The notes: a model not told the origin generated them from the sequence alone. 124,000 bases of DNA from Hyalangium minutum (GCF_000737315.1 NZ_JMCB01000003.1:20001-144000), one strand, 5' to 3'; shown: positions 82,781 to 92,839, counted from the first letter of the stretch. Translations and numbers: made by a program.

Positions 82781-83338
82781 ATGCGGATCGTCGCGGGCAG
82801 TGCGAAGGGCCGAGCGCTCCAAGGGCCCAAGTCCACCTCTCGGCACATCCGCCCCACGGCGGATCGGGTGCGGGAGACGCTCTTCAACGTGCTCGGCCAG
82901 TGGCTGGAGGGGCAGTCCGTGCTGGACCTCTACGCGGGCACGGGGGCGCTGGCGCTGGAGGCCCTCTCGCGCGGGGCGGGCCGGGCGGTGCTGGTGGACT
83001 CGGATCGCGAGGCGCTGGCGCTGTGCCGGCAGAACACGGACGCGCTGGGGTTCTCCACCCAGGTGGAGATCCTGGGCCAGCCGGTGGCCCGGGCGGTGGA
83101 GGCGCTGGCCAAGCGCGGGGAGCGCTTCGAGCTCATCTTCGCGGACCCGCCCTATGCGGCCCGGGTGGTGGAGTCGGTGCTGGAGCAGGTGGAGCAGGGC
83201 CGGCTGCTCATCCCCGGGGGCATGCTCATCATCGAGCATGACAAGCGCGAGGCTGCCCCGGAGGCCCACTCCGGGTTTTCCCGAGTCGACCAGCGCCGGT
83301 TCGGGGACACGCTGGTGAGCTTCTACCGCATTCCTTGA
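82781..83338 (+). CDS. rsmD: 16S rRNA m2G966 methyltransferase
   Basis: MRIVAG..RPT.DRVRETLFN, DLYAGTG, DPPY. Confidence 0.92.
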   Translation: MRIVAGSAKGRALQGPKSTSRHIRPTADRVRETLFNVLGQWLEGQSVLDLYAGTGALALEALSRGAGRAVLVDSDREALALCRQNTDALGFSTQVEILGQPVARAVEALAKRGERFELIFADPPYAARVVESVLEQVEQGRLLIPGGMLIIEHDKREAAPEAHSGFSRVDQRRFGDTLVSFYRIP

Positions 83339-83371
83339 CCGTCCCGTGGGGCGGGTTGAGACTCCATTGCC

Positions 83372-83854
83372 ATGCCGGTGGCCATCTATCCAGGTTCCTT
83401 CGATCCGCTCACCAACGGGCACCTCAGCCTCATCCAGCGCGGCCTCCAGATGTTCGATCGGGTGATCGTGGCCATCGCGGTCAACCCGAAGAAGACGCCG
83501 CTCTTCACGCTGGAGGAGCGCCGGGCGCTCATCCGCCAGGCCTGCCCGGATCCTCGGGTGGAGGTGGACGCCTTCCAGGGCCTGTTGGTGGAGTACGCCA
83601 AGCAGCGCCAGGTGAACGTGCTGCTGCGCGGGCTCCGGGCGGTCTCGGACTTCGAGTACGAGTTCCAGCTGGCCAACATGAACCGCAAGCTGGCCCCCGG
83701 CATCGAGACGGTCTTCATGATGACAGGTGAGGACTACTTCTACATTTCGTCACAGCTCGTTCGGGAAGTGGCCATGTTTGGCGGGGATGTGACGGGGATG
83801 GTGCCGGACGGGGTGCTGGCGAAGCTGAAGGAGAAGTTCGCCCGGAAGCCCTGA
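83372..83854 (+). CDS. coaD: Phosphopantetheine adenylyltransferase
   Basis: [30 protein letters not shown]. Confidence 0.96.
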   Translation: MPVAIYPGSFDPLTNGHLSLIQRGLQMFDRVIVAIAVNPKKTPLFTLEERRALIRQACPDPRVEVDAFQGLLVEYAKQRQVNVLLRGLRAVSDFEYEFQLANMNRKLAPGIETVFMMTGEDYFYISSQLVREVAMFGGDVTGMVPDGVLAKLKEKFARKP

Positions 83855-83905
83855 AGTCGCTGTAGTGCTTGTCCGGGGCATGTCACTCGGGGTAGCAACC
83901 CGGAC

Positions 83906-85096
83906 ATGCAATTGGCACAGCGCATCAAAGCCATCAAGCCGTCGCCCACCCTGGCCCTCAACGCCCGCGCCAAGGCGCTGGCTGCCCAGGGCGTGGACGT
84001 CGCGGGGTTCGTCGCGGGCGAGCCGGACTTCGACACCCCCGAGTTCATCAAGCAGGCGGCCATCGACTCCCTGAAGGCGGGCTTCACCAAGTACACCCCC
84101 ACGGCGGGCATCCCGGAGCTGCGCGAGGCCATCTGCGCCAAGCTGCAGCGGGACAACCAGCTGACGTACGCGCCGGATCAGGTGCTGGTGTCGGTGGGGG
84201 CCAAGCACTCGCTCTACAACATCTTCCAGGCGCTGCTGAACGAGGGGGATGAGGTCATCATCTTCACGCCGTACTGGGTGAGCTACCCGGACATGGTGAT
84301 GCTGGCGGGCGGCAAGCCGGTCATCCTGCAGACGCAGGAGGAGAACGGCTACGCGCCGGATCCCGAGGCGCTGAAGCGCGCGCTCACGCCCCGCACGCGG
84401 GCGGTGATCATCAACAGCCCGAGCAACCCGACGGGCGCGGTGTACTCGCGCGCGGCGCTGGAGGGGATTGCGGCGGCGGTGAAGGACCACGACTGCCTGA
84501 TCGTCAGCGACGACATCTACGAGAAGCTGCTGTACCAGGGGCAGTTCCTGAACATCGCCAACGTGGCGCCGGAGCTGTTCCCGCGGCTGGTCGTGGTCAA
84601 TGGCATGAGTAAGGCGTACTCGATGACGGGCTGGCGCCTGGGGTACGCAGCGGGGCCGAAGCCGCTGATCGCCGGCATGCAGATGATCCAAGACCAGTCG
84701 ACGTCGAACCCGAACTCCATCACGCAGAAGGCGGGGGTGGCGGCGCTGAAGGGGCCCACGGAGTTCCTCACGAAGATGGTGGACGAGTTCCGGGCGCGGC
84801 GGGAGCTGATCGTCTCGGGGCTGAACGCGCTGGACGGAGTGAAGTGCCGCACGCCCGAGGGCGCCTTCTACGTGTTCCCGGACGTGCGCGGCCTGCTGCA
84901 GCGCCAGTACAAGGGCGCGCCGCTGGGCACCTCGTCGCGGATCTCCGAGGCGCTGCTGGATGACTTCCGGGTGGCGGTGATGCCCGGGGCGCCGTTCGGG
85001 GCGGAGGGCTACCTGCGCCTGAGCTTCGCCACCTCGCGCGAGGTGATCCAGAAGGGCCTGAGCCGGATGAAGGACTTCGTCGCGGCGCTGAGCTGA
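83906..85096 (+). CDS. aspC: PLP-dependent aspartate aminotransferase (class I)
   Basis: GEPDFDTP, NSPSNPTG, DDIY, SKAYSMTGWRLG. Confidence 0.88.
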   Translation: MQLAQRIKAIKPSPTLALNARAKALAAQGVDVAGFVAGEPDFDTPEFIKQAAIDSLKAGFTKYTPTAGIPELREAICAKLQRDNQLTYAPDQVLVSVGAKHSLYNIFQALLNEGDEVIIFTPYWVSYPDMVMLAGGKPVILQTQEENGYAPDPEALKRALTPRTRAVIINSPSNPTGAVYSRAALEGIAAAVKDHDCLIVSDDIYEKLLYQGQFLNIANVAPELFPRLVVVNGMSKAYSMTGWRLGYAAGPKPLIAGMQMIQDQSTSNPNSITQKAGVAALKGPTEFLTKMVDEFRARRELIVSGLNALDGVKCRTPEGAFYVFPDVRGLLQRQYKGAPLGTSSRISEALLDDFRVAVMPGAPFGAEGYLRLSFATSREVIQKGLSRMKDFVAALS

Positions 85097-85145
85097 ACTG
85101 AGCAGGGCTGAGGCCGCCCATGACGTGGGTGGCCTCACCTGGCGG

Positions 85146-85604
85146 CTACGCAGCAGACAGCTGGTCGATGGCTCGGACCCAGTGGTTCACGAGCTTCACG
85201 AGTCCAGCCTTGTGCTCCTGGATCTCGGCCATGCTGCGGAACCGGGCCATGCGCCGGTCCTTGTAGTCACCCTCGAGGAAGCCGAACCGATCCGCCGGCA
85301 TCGTACCCTGCGGGAAGACGAAGACGACGTGCACGCAGTCCCTCGGGCGCAGATGAAAGGCCGCGAGGTCCTGCTGGTAGTAGAAACTCGGCGCGTTCCA
85401 CTTCACGCGCTCAGCGATCTTCCGGTTCGCTCCCAGGATGAGCTCCCGCACGGCTTCGATCTCGGCCTTCAGCGGGTGCTCCAGCTGCTTCAGGTACTCG
85501 GCCACCTCTTCCGGTCCGCTCTTCTTCGGAGCGGAAGCCTTGGTCTTCTTGGCCGGAGCTTTCTTGGCCGAAGCCTTCTTCGCTTGCGTCTTTCGTGCGG
85601 CCAC
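85146..85604 (-). CDS. DUF1801 (YdhG-like) protein with Lys/Ala-rich N-tail
   Basis: ERVKWNAPSF; RRMARF. Confidence 0.8.
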   Translation of the reverse strand: MAARKTQAKKASAKKAPAKKTKASAPKKSGPEEVAEYLKQLEHPLKAEIEAVRELILGANRKIAERVKWNAPSFYYQQDLAAFHLRPRDCVHVVFVFPQGTMPADRFGFLEGDYKDRRMARFRSMAEIQEHKAGLVKLVNHWVRAIDQLSAA

Positions 85605-85626
85605 AAGGGCTCCTTCGGTGTTGCGC

Positions 85627-86526
85627 TCAGTTGCCCGGGGCGTCGAAGAGCTGGTCGAAGTCCGCCTGCCTCATCCGGATCGTGAGCGGACGGTAGCTCA
85701 CACCACCATAGGTGCAGTTTGAATAGAACCAGGGCTCGAGCCCGAGCACGCAGACATTCGAGCACCGGCCGACGAATCGCAGCGGGGCACACTGGTTGGA
85801 TGAGTTCGAGCCAGAGCCCAGCGCGCCGCACGCCCGGGTGAGGTACTCGCCCTCGTTGTTGACGGGCCGGTCGACGCCGAAGAACAGGCTGTTGGGCACG
85901 AAGAGGTTCCCGAAGAAGCAGGCCTCCCGAACCGGGTAGGACGTCAGCTCCCCGAAGGTATAGGGAATGGCGTTGCCCCAGGCGTTCCAGCCCAGGACGG
86001 AGATGTTCACGTTCCTTCCGTACCGGTTGACGTGCGCCAACAGGCAGGCCGTGATGAGCTGCTGCTCGTTGTAGTTGATCGCGCTGCCGCTGGCCCAGTC
86101 CGGCGCCAGTCCCAGTCCTCCTGTCCACGCATACGTCCTCCCTCCCTGGTGGCGGTACGTGCGGGTCTGCCCCGTGGGCACGGCGCAGCGGACCACATAG
86201 GTCATCAGCATGTCGGCGGCCGCCGGATCCTGGCTGAACCACTGGATGAACGCTGAGCTGGAGAACCCGCCCACGGACAGCCCGTTGAGGGGCAACCCGT
86301 TGAGGGACAGCCCGTTGGCCGACAGCCCGTTGGCCGACAAGCCATTGAAGGAGTTGAGTTCCTGGGCCTGGCTGTCCAACGGCAGCGGCTCCGCGGGCGG
86401 CTCCGAGGGATCACAGCCTGAAGCGCTCGCACACACGCACAGCAACGTGAGCCAACACCGGGCTCGTTGCTTCACCTCCACCCAGGCAAGGGGGGAGTGA
86501 GCTTCCGCCATCGGAGCGTTCTTCAT
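85627..86526 (-). CDS. Hypothetical lipoprotein with NGLS pentapeptide repeats
   Basis: ASGC lipobox; NGLSA/NGLSL/NGLPL repeats; Cys-containing C-terminus. Confidence 0.75.
   Translation of the reverse strand: MKNAPMAEAHSPLAWVEVKQRARCWLTLLCVCASASGCDPSEPPAEPLPLDSQAQELNSFNGLSANGLSANGLSLNGLPLNGLSVGGFSSSAFIQWFSQDPAAADMLMTYVVRCAVPTGQTRTYRHQGGRTYAWTGGLGLAPDWASGSAINYNEQQLITACLLAHVNRYGRNVNISVLGWNAWGNAIPYTFGELTSYPVREACFFGNLFVPNSLFFGVDRPVNNEGEYLTRACGALGSGSNSSNQCAPLRFVGRCSNVCVLGLEPWFYSNCTYGGVSYRPLTIRMRQADFDQLFDAPGN
86275..86349 (-). repeat. 15-nt coding tandem repeat (NGLxx x5)
   Basis: Near-identical GACAGCCCGTTG units. Confidence 0.7.
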
Positions 86527-86684
86527 GGGAGTCTCCTGCCCAGAGAGGGGTGGTCAGGGGGGTCTGGGTAGTCTGACTAATACGCATTACCGGGCCGCCT
86601 GGCTCCCCACCCCCAGCGTGAGCACGTGGGGTAGTGCACAGCCAGAAACCCATGCGTCCAGTGGCGGATAGTCACCTCCGCCGA

Positions 86685-88517
86685 TCAGGCGATCCGATCC
86701 ACCCTCACATCCACCTCCAGCGTCTCCGGTCCGCCTCCCACGAAGATGGTCCCCGAGGTGGGCGTGGCATCTCCGTAGCCGCGCCCCACTGCGACGCGGA
86801 CGTGCGAGGTCTGCGTCAGGATGCCGTTGGTCGGATCAAAGCCCCGCCAGCCCACCTCGGGCAGGTAGAGCTGCAGCCACGCGTGGGAGGCCTCCGCCTG
86901 CCGTTGGTTCGGATTCTGGGGACCACAGTAGATGTAGCCGCACGTGTAGCGCGCCGGCACGCCCAGCAGCCGCGCCATGCAGATGAACAGGTTGGTGAAG
87001 TCCTGGCAGACGCCGCGCCGGTTCACGTACACGTCGAACGGCGTCGTGTAGATCGTCGTCGAGCCCTGCCGGTACTCGTACTCGCGGAAGATGGACGCGT
87101 TGATGTCGAGCAGCGTGTCCAGCAAGTCGTAGTCGTTCCGCTTCACGAAGCTCATCGCGTACTCGGTGAGCTCCACCAGCTGCGTCTCGGGCAGCTCCTG
87201 GGGCAGCAGGTACGGCTGTAGCACCTGCTGCTGCCAGGGCATCCACACGAGCGGAATGGTGCTGCGCTCCTTGGGCGCCCGGAACTGGAGCGGATCCGTG
87301 TCGTAGAGCTCCACCGTGGAGCGCGCCTCGATGGCCAGCTCCGTGTAGGGCCTCTCGAGGTGCACCCGCGTGGCCCGGTTGCCGAACACGTCCTCGTAGT
87401 CCCGGCGCTTCCCGTCCACGGACAGGTGGAGCTGATGCCCAATCACCGCCTGCAGCTCGTCGTGCATCGGCCGCAGCCGGAACAGGTGGGTGCTTCGCTC
87501 GATGGGGTTCTGGTAGCGGTAGACGGTGCGGTGCACCACGGAGAAGCGCTGCACCTCCGCCTTCGAGGGCAGCCGCAAGTCCCGTTGCCTGGCGGTGAAG
87601 AAGGGCTGCGAAGGCGCCTCCCCGGGAGCCACGGGCGCCGGAGCCGCGGACTGCGTGTCGGGCACCTGCTGCGGAATGGGCTGGACCTGCGCGGGTACCT
87701 GTACCTGGAGCTGGGGCTCGGGCGGCTTCACCTCCGCGGTGACCGTGCCCTGGCGGATGCGCAGGAGCGTCCCCGGCGCGAGCCGCTTCCAGTCCACCTG
87801 GGCGTTCTGCTCGGGCTGGAGCGGGTTGGAGCAGACGAGGACGCCCTTGCGGCTCTTGAGGCCGCGCTTGGTGAGATCCACCAGGATGTCGCCATCACCG
87901 AAGACGAGGCTGTCGTGCGGCGGCTGCAGCGTCCAGATGTACAGCTCGTGCGCTGGATCGCGATCCGCATAGACGCACATGTCGTGTCCATCCGTGAGGA
88001 TGGTGGTGAGCGAGCCGTGCTCGTTGGTCTCGGCGAAGAAGGACCGCAGGGCCTCCAGATCGACGTCCCCCAGGCTGCGCCACCCCTTGTCGGAGATCAT
88101 CGACATGAGCTGGCAGAAGATGAGCTCGGAGTCCGTCGAGCCGATGGGCTCGAAGCGCTGCGGGGTGTTGGCCTCGATGCGGTGGGCCAGGCTGCCCGAG
88201 TGCGCCATCAGCCAGTCGCGCCCGCCCCAGGAGCGCCGGAACGGCTGGGTGTTGCCCGGAGAGATCTGCCCCCAGATCGCCGTGCGGATGTGGAGCACGA
88301 ACAGCGAGGAGGCCAGGTGCTCCCAGGCCTTCACCAGCTCGCTGCGGATAGAGCCAGGCGGGGGCGCTGCTTCCTTGAGCACCTCTGCCGCGAGATCGCC
88401 ACCCGGGTAGTAGCCGATGCCCCATCCATCGGGCGGTTGGCGCTGGGGACTCAGACAACGAAGATCGAAGGAGGGGGCGAGTTCCCCCTCGAAGCTCATG
88501 GCGAGAACGTTGGGCAT
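86685..88517 (-). CDS. Class II glutamine amidotransferase-like (Ntn) + transglutaminase fusion
   Basis: DGWGIG, HIR.A..N..PF, G.TDSE; C-terminal GVCQDF, HAW, FDPT. Confidence 0.88.
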   Translation of the reverse strand: MPNVLAMSFEGELAPSFDLRCLSPQRQPPDGWGIGYYPGGDLAAEVLKEAAPPPGSIRSELVKAWEHLASSLFVLHIRTAIWGQISPGNTQPFRRSWGGRDWLMAHSGSLAHRIEANTPQRFEPIGSTDSELIFCQLMSMISDKGWRSLGDVDLEALRSFFAETNEHGSLTTILTDGHDMCVYADRDPAHELYIWTLQPPHDSLVFGDGDILVDLTKRGLKSRKGVLVCSNPLQPEQNAQVDWKRLAPGTLLRIRQGTVTAEVKPPEPQLQVQVPAQVQPIPQQVPDTQSAAPAPVAPGEAPSQPFFTARQRDLRLPSKAEVQRFSVVHRTVYRYQNPIERSTHLFRLRPMHDELQAVIGHQLHLSVDGKRRDYEDVFGNRATRVHLERPYTELAIEARSTVELYDTDPLQFRAPKERSTIPLVWMPWQQQVLQPYLLPQELPETQLVELTEYAMSFVKRNDYDLLDTLLDINASIFREYEYRQGSTTIYTTPFDVYVNRRGVCQDFTNLFICMARLLGVPARYTCGYIYCGPQNPNQRQAEASHAWLQLYLPEVGWRGFDPTNGILTQTSHVRVAVGRGYGDATPTSGTIFVGGGPETLEVDVRVDRIA

Positions 88518-88621
88518 CCGGTCGAGCGGAAGGTAGTGAGCCGTTTTGTACAGAGAAGCAGCCGGTCACACGGCCCGTGCGGCCGCGTCACCTGGAGAAC
88601 AGCTATCGCAAGAGCCCCGGC

Positions 88622-91600
88622 TCAGCCCGGGGTCTCCTCCTCGGCTGGAGGCTTGGGAGGCCGGTAGTCGAGCGGCAGGCGGCGCAGGTCGAGGGTGGTG
88701 GGGTTCTCCGCGCTGGGCTGGGCCGGACGGGCCTTCACCGGCCAGGGCAGGGGAGCCTCGGAGGTGAAGCGCTGCGCGCGGCGGGCGGAGGCCTCGAAGC
88801 GGGTGAGCGGCGGGGTGGAGAAGGCACGGCCCTCGGGGTGCCACACGTGGTAGGCGCAGGCGCCCAGCGAGCGCTGCCCCCACGTGTCGAGCAGATCCAG
88901 CCGGATGGGGTGGTGGATGCCCAGGTGTGCGTGCAGGCTGTGCGGCGGAGCCCACGCGCGGAACCGCACCCCGGCCACCCACTCGTTGGCCTTCGCCGTG
89001 GGCGTGAGCGGCAGCGTGTGCCCGTTGACGAGCAGCAGGTGCCGCTCCGGGATGAGTCCGGAGACGCGCACCTCGATGCGCTCCATGGACGAGTCCACGT
89101 AGCGGGAGGTTCCGCCCCCGCTCAGCTCCTCGCCCAGCACCGGCCAGGGCTCGAGCGCATTGCGCACCTCGATCGTGACATCCCCCAGCTGCATGCGCCC
89201 GGCGAGCGGGCAGCGCAGCTCCAGGAAGGGGGTGTACGCCTCCTGCGGCAGGGGAACGCCCTTGGCCGCGAGGTGGGCGAGCACGTCCTCCAGGTCCCGT
89301 CCCAAGTAGTAGGGCAGCAGGTACTTGTCGTGGAGCGACGTGCCGAAGCGGACCAGCTTCTTCTGGTAGGGCTCCTGGGCGAACGCGGCGAAGAGCGCGC
89401 GCACCAGGATGGCCTGCGCGGACACCATGCGCGCGTGCGGCGGCATCTCGAAGGCGCGCAACTCCACCAGTCCCTGCCGCCCGGTGGCCGTCTGGGGGTC
89501 AAACAGCTTGTCCAGACTCAGCTCCGCCCGGTGGGTGTTGCCCGCCACGTCCACCAGCAGGTTCCGGAAGAGCATGTCCGACAGCCAGGGCGGCGGCGCG
89601 GTGCCAGCGTTGAAGGCCTTGTCGAGCGCGATCTCCAGCTCGTAGAGCGCCTCGTGCCGCGCCTCGTCCACGCGCGGTGCCTGCGAGGTTGGCCCCACGA
89701 ACAGGCCGGTGAAGAGGTACGACAGCGACGGGTGGTGCTGCACGAAGGTGATGAGCGAGGCCAGCAGCTCGGGCCGGGTGAGGAGCGGGCTGGACAGGGC
89801 CGTCGGGCCACCGACCGTGATGTGGTTGCCGCCGCCGCTGCCGGCCATGCGGCCGTCCATCAGGTACTTCTCGCTGTGGAGACCCGCGTGGAGGGCCGCG
89901 TCGAACACCTGGCCCACGAGCTCCGTGTACTCGCGGTTGCTCGACACGGGCGGCAGGTTGACCTCGAGCACGCCCGGGTCCGGCGTCACCGCGAAGCGGT
90001 AGAGCAGCGGCGAGGACGGGGGAGGGTAGCCCTCCAACTGAATGGCGATGCCGGTGTGCTCGCGCGCCTGATCGATGATGGACACGAGATCGAAGAAGTC
90101 CTCGGCCCGGGCCAGCGGCGGCAGGAACACGTGCACCGTTCCACCGCGCGCCTCAAAGGCCAGCGCGGTCCGCACTCGGGGCAGGCGGCTGGCTCGCTCC
90201 TTCGCGATGACCTTGTGCTGCTTGGCCTCCTCGGGGGACGGCTCGCGGCGCGGATCGATGGGCTCATAGGGCTCCTCCCAGAGGTCGGAGAGCGGGTCTC
90301 CCTCCGAGAGCGAGCGCAGCGGCAGCCGCAGGCCGAGCGGGCTGTCACCCGGGAGCAGGAACAGGTGGCGCCGCCGGAACTGCCAGGGGTCGCTGACCCA
90401 GCGCCCGTCCGTGTCTCGCCCGAGGGGCAGCACGAAGCCCACCTCATTGCCGAGCCCCTGGCCCAGAACCTTGGCCAAGCGCCGCCGCTCCTCCGAGTCG
90501 TTGAGGTTGGCCTTGAGCGGATCGACGTCCACCGGCAGGTTCTCCTCGTCCTGCAGGAAGCGCCACGGATCCTCGAAGGCGGGGAGCAGGTGCTGAGCCA
90601 GGCCGAGGCGCGACGCCACCGCCTGCGCGACCTCGCGCGCCTGTGCCGTGCCTGCGTTGTCTCCCGAAGCCAGCGCCTCGCCCGTCCAGAGAGGCTCCCG
90701 GTCGCGCCGTCCGCAGATGTCGAGCGCCCAGCGAGGCAGGCTCTCTCCTGGATAGTGCTTTCCGGCGCGCAGCAGCAGGGCCGCTCCAGGGGAGAGCCGC
90801 CGCCGGAGCTCCTCGGCGAGCTTCACCCCGAGCTTCCACTTGGTCTCGCCCAGCGCGTCGCCGTTCCACTCCGGCAGCTCGGTGTGCTCGCGGGCGTTGA
90901 AGGTGGGCTCGCCGCCGATGGTGAGCTTCACCCCGCGCTCCCTCAGCACCGCGTCCGCGCGATCTCCACCCTCGCAGAGGGCCTGCCACACCTCGTCCGT
91001 GTAGGGCGCCGTCGGCCGAGGCTCGTGCCCGAGCCGGCCCACCGTCATCGAGAACCGCACCTCCTCCGCCTGGGTGTCACTGGTGCCCTCGATGGGGGCT
91101 GCCAGCGCCGGTGAGGCCGTCGAGGCGAGCGGGATATGGCCCTCGCCCGTCAGGAGTCCGCTGGTGGCGTCGAGCCCGATCCAACCCGCCCCGGGCAGGA
91201 AGACCTCCGCCCAGGCGTGCAGATCCACCACGTCGCGTCCCACGCCGCGCGGCGCGTTGGGGATCATCCCTTCGTCGGTGAGCTGCACCAAGTAGCCGCT
91301 CACGAAGCGCGCCGCGAGCCCGCGCGAGCGCAGCACCGCGATGAGCAGCATCGCCGAGTCCCGGCAGCTGCCCTTGCCCGCCGCGAGCGTCTCCTCGGGT
91401 GTGTGGATGCCCGCCTCCTCGCGGATGATGTACTGGATGCGCTGGTTCACCTTCTCGTTGAGCTGAATGATGAGCGGGACCGTTGGGCCGGAGCGCGGCA
91501 GCTCGTCGAGGAAGGCCTTGAGGCGCTCGCCGCCTCGCACCGCTGGCTCGTTCACGTCGAGGAAGGGGAGGAGGTCCTGCTTCAGCTCCGGCGGGTAGGC

Positions 91601-91912
91601 GAAGGGGACGACCTCGCAGCGGTCGTCGAGGAGGAAGTCGAACGGGTTCACCGGCCGCACGTCGACGGCCAACTCCACCGTTACCTCGAGGTGCGGGACG
91701 CGCACGCCTTCGGGGAAGGTGACGCGGGCGACGCGGTTGCCATACGGATCCTGCTGCCAGCGTACCTGCGCGGTGGAGGGCTCGACGGTGAGGCCGTAGC
91801 TCTCGATGGCGGCACGGGCGTGAAGCGCCGGGCGCAGGCGGATGAGGTGCGGGCCGAGGGCCGCAGGCTTCGGGTAGCGGTACAGGTTGCGATGCTGAAT
91901 GAGCAGCCGCAC
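88622..91912 (-). CDS. Transglutaminase + DUF2126 putative amidoligase fusion
   Basis: GTG after GGAGG; GSCRDS, DLHAWAEV, LDAT; TPDPGVLEVN, GGGNH, HRAE. Confidence 0.9.
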   Translation of the reverse strand: MRLLIQHRNLYRYPKPAALGPHLIRLRPALHARAAIESYGLTVEPSTAQVRWQQDPYGNRVARVTFPEGVRVPHLEVTVELAVDVRPVNPFDFLLDDRCEVVPFAYPPELKQDLLPFLDVNEPAVRGGERLKAFLDELPRSGPTVPLIIQLNEKVNQRIQYIIREEAGIHTPEETLAAGKGSCRDSAMLLIAVLRSRGLAARFVSGYLVQLTDEGMIPNAPRGVGRDVVDLHAWAEVFLPGAGWIGLDATSGLLTGEGHIPLASTASPALAAPIEGTSDTQAEEVRFSMTVGRLGHEPRPTAPYTDEVWQALCEGGDRADAVLRERGVKLTIGGEPTFNAREHTELPEWNGDALGETKWKLGVKLAEELRRRLSPGAALLLRAGKHYPGESLPRWALDICGRRDREPLWTGEALASGDNAGTAQAREVAQAVASRLGLAQHLLPAFEDPWRFLQDEENLPVDVDPLKANLNDSEERRRLAKVLGQGLGNEVGFVLPLGRDTDGRWVSDPWQFRRRHLFLLPGDSPLGLRLPLRSLSEGDPLSDLWEEPYEPIDPRREPSPEEAKQHKVIAKERASRLPRVRTALAFEARGGTVHVFLPPLARAEDFFDLVSIIDQAREHTGIAIQLEGYPPPSSPLLYRFAVTPDPGVLEVNLPPVSSNREYTELVGQVFDAALHAGLHSEKYLMDGRMAGSGGGNHITVGGPTALSSPLLTRPELLASLITFVQHHPSLSYLFTGLFVGPTSQAPRVDEARHEALYELEIALDKAFNAGTAPPPWLSDMLFRNLLVDVAGNTHRAELSLDKLFDPQTATGRQGLVELRAFEMPPHARMVSAQAILVRALFAAFAQEPYQKKLVRFGTSLHDKYLLPYYLGRDLEDVLAHLAAKGVPLPQEAYTPFLELRCPLAGRMQLGDVTIEVRNALEPWPVLGEELSGGGTSRYVDSSMERIEVRVSGLIPERHLLLVNGHTLPLTPTAKANEWVAGVRFRAWAPPHSLHAHLGIHHPIRLDLLDTWGQRSLGACAYHVWHPEGRAFSTPPLTRFEASARRAQRFTSEAPLPWPVKARPAQPSAENPTTLDLRRLPLDYRPPKPPAEEETPG

Positions 91913-91989
91913 GAGGTCCTCCCAAGTGACCTCGCCACGATACCCAAAGCCTGCTGGGGCCGTACGGAGAAGTCGGCCGTCATTCACCG

Positions 91990-92559
91990 TCAGCGTGCGC
92001 GGGAGCGCGAGGGCGGAGCTGGCGGCGGGCTCGAGTCCGCCGTGCTCGTGCTCTTTCCGGAGGCGGCCGGCGCTGCGGAAGCGGGAGTGGAGAGCTGGTT
92101 GGCGGCGCCTCGGGTCACCACGGCCTGCGCGACGATGTTCAGGTGCTGCTGCGCGGCCACGGTGTTCAAGAGCGCGAGGCTGACCGCGTGCGCGGAGGCG
92201 TGGTACACGTGAGAGAGGGCAAGCTCGGGCGCATTCTCCAGCAGCGCCTGCGCGGTCTTCTCGGCCTGGGCCAGCAGGGCCTCGGGCGAGGGCGCGGCCG
92301 GAGAGGCTGTCTCAGCGGAGGCGGCTGTCGGCGCCGCAGGGGTCGTCGCGGGAGCCGAGGCTGCGGCCTCGGCTGCGGGCGGGCGGAAGGCGTTGGGAAT
92401 TCCGGCGAGGGGTGGCGCGGGCACGCTTCCCTTGGAGGCCAACGCGAGGATGCTCTGCTGCTGCTGCTCGAGTACGTGGGTCAAGGCTGTGAGGGCGTGG
92501 GCGCTGGTGTCCACGATCAGGGTCAAGTCCCGGGCAAAGTCTTGGGCCGTCTTCGTCAT
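91990..92559 (-). CDS. Extended Reb-family (R-body) protein
   Basis: C-terminal ALSHVYHASAHAVSLALLNTVAAQQHLNIVAQA matches the RebB motif. Confidence 0.72.
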   Translation of the reverse strand: MTKTAQDFARDLTLIVDTSAHALTALTHVLEQQQQSILALASKGSVPAPPLAGIPNAFRPPAAEAAASAPATTPAAPTAASAETASPAAPSPEALLAQAEKTAQALLENAPELALSHVYHASAHAVSLALLNTVAAQQHLNIVAQAVVTRGAANQLSTPASAAPAASGKSTSTADSSPPPAPPSRSRAR

Positions 92560-92572
92560 GGTGTGCCTCCTC

Positions 92573-92839
92573 TCACTCGTAGATTTTAACCGTGCCCACT
92601 GCATCCGAGGCCGTATCGATGCTGTAGAGCGTCGCGACGCCCTGGGTAGTGGCGGCCTGTGCGGTCACGTTCGTTTGCTGCTGGTTCTGGGTGGCGTTGT
92701 GGGCCGCGTTGGAGAGCGCCTGCGAGGTCGCCACGAAGAGATTGCCCATCGCGATGGCAGGGGCATCTCCGAGCACTTTCACGTTCGCCTGCGTCACTGC
92801 ATCGGTGATCTGCTCATTGACAGCGGTGGGGTACGCCAT
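92573..92839 (-). CDS. rebB: RebB family R-body protein
   Basis: VNEQITDAVTQANVKVLGDAPAIAMGNLF..NAT..QQQ..AQAATTQGV is the canonical RebB pattern. Confidence 0.92.
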   Translation of the reverse strand: MAYPTAVNEQITDAVTQANVKVLGDAPAIAMGNLFVATSQALSNAAHNATQNQQQTNVTAQAATTQGVATLYSIDTASDAVGTVKIYE

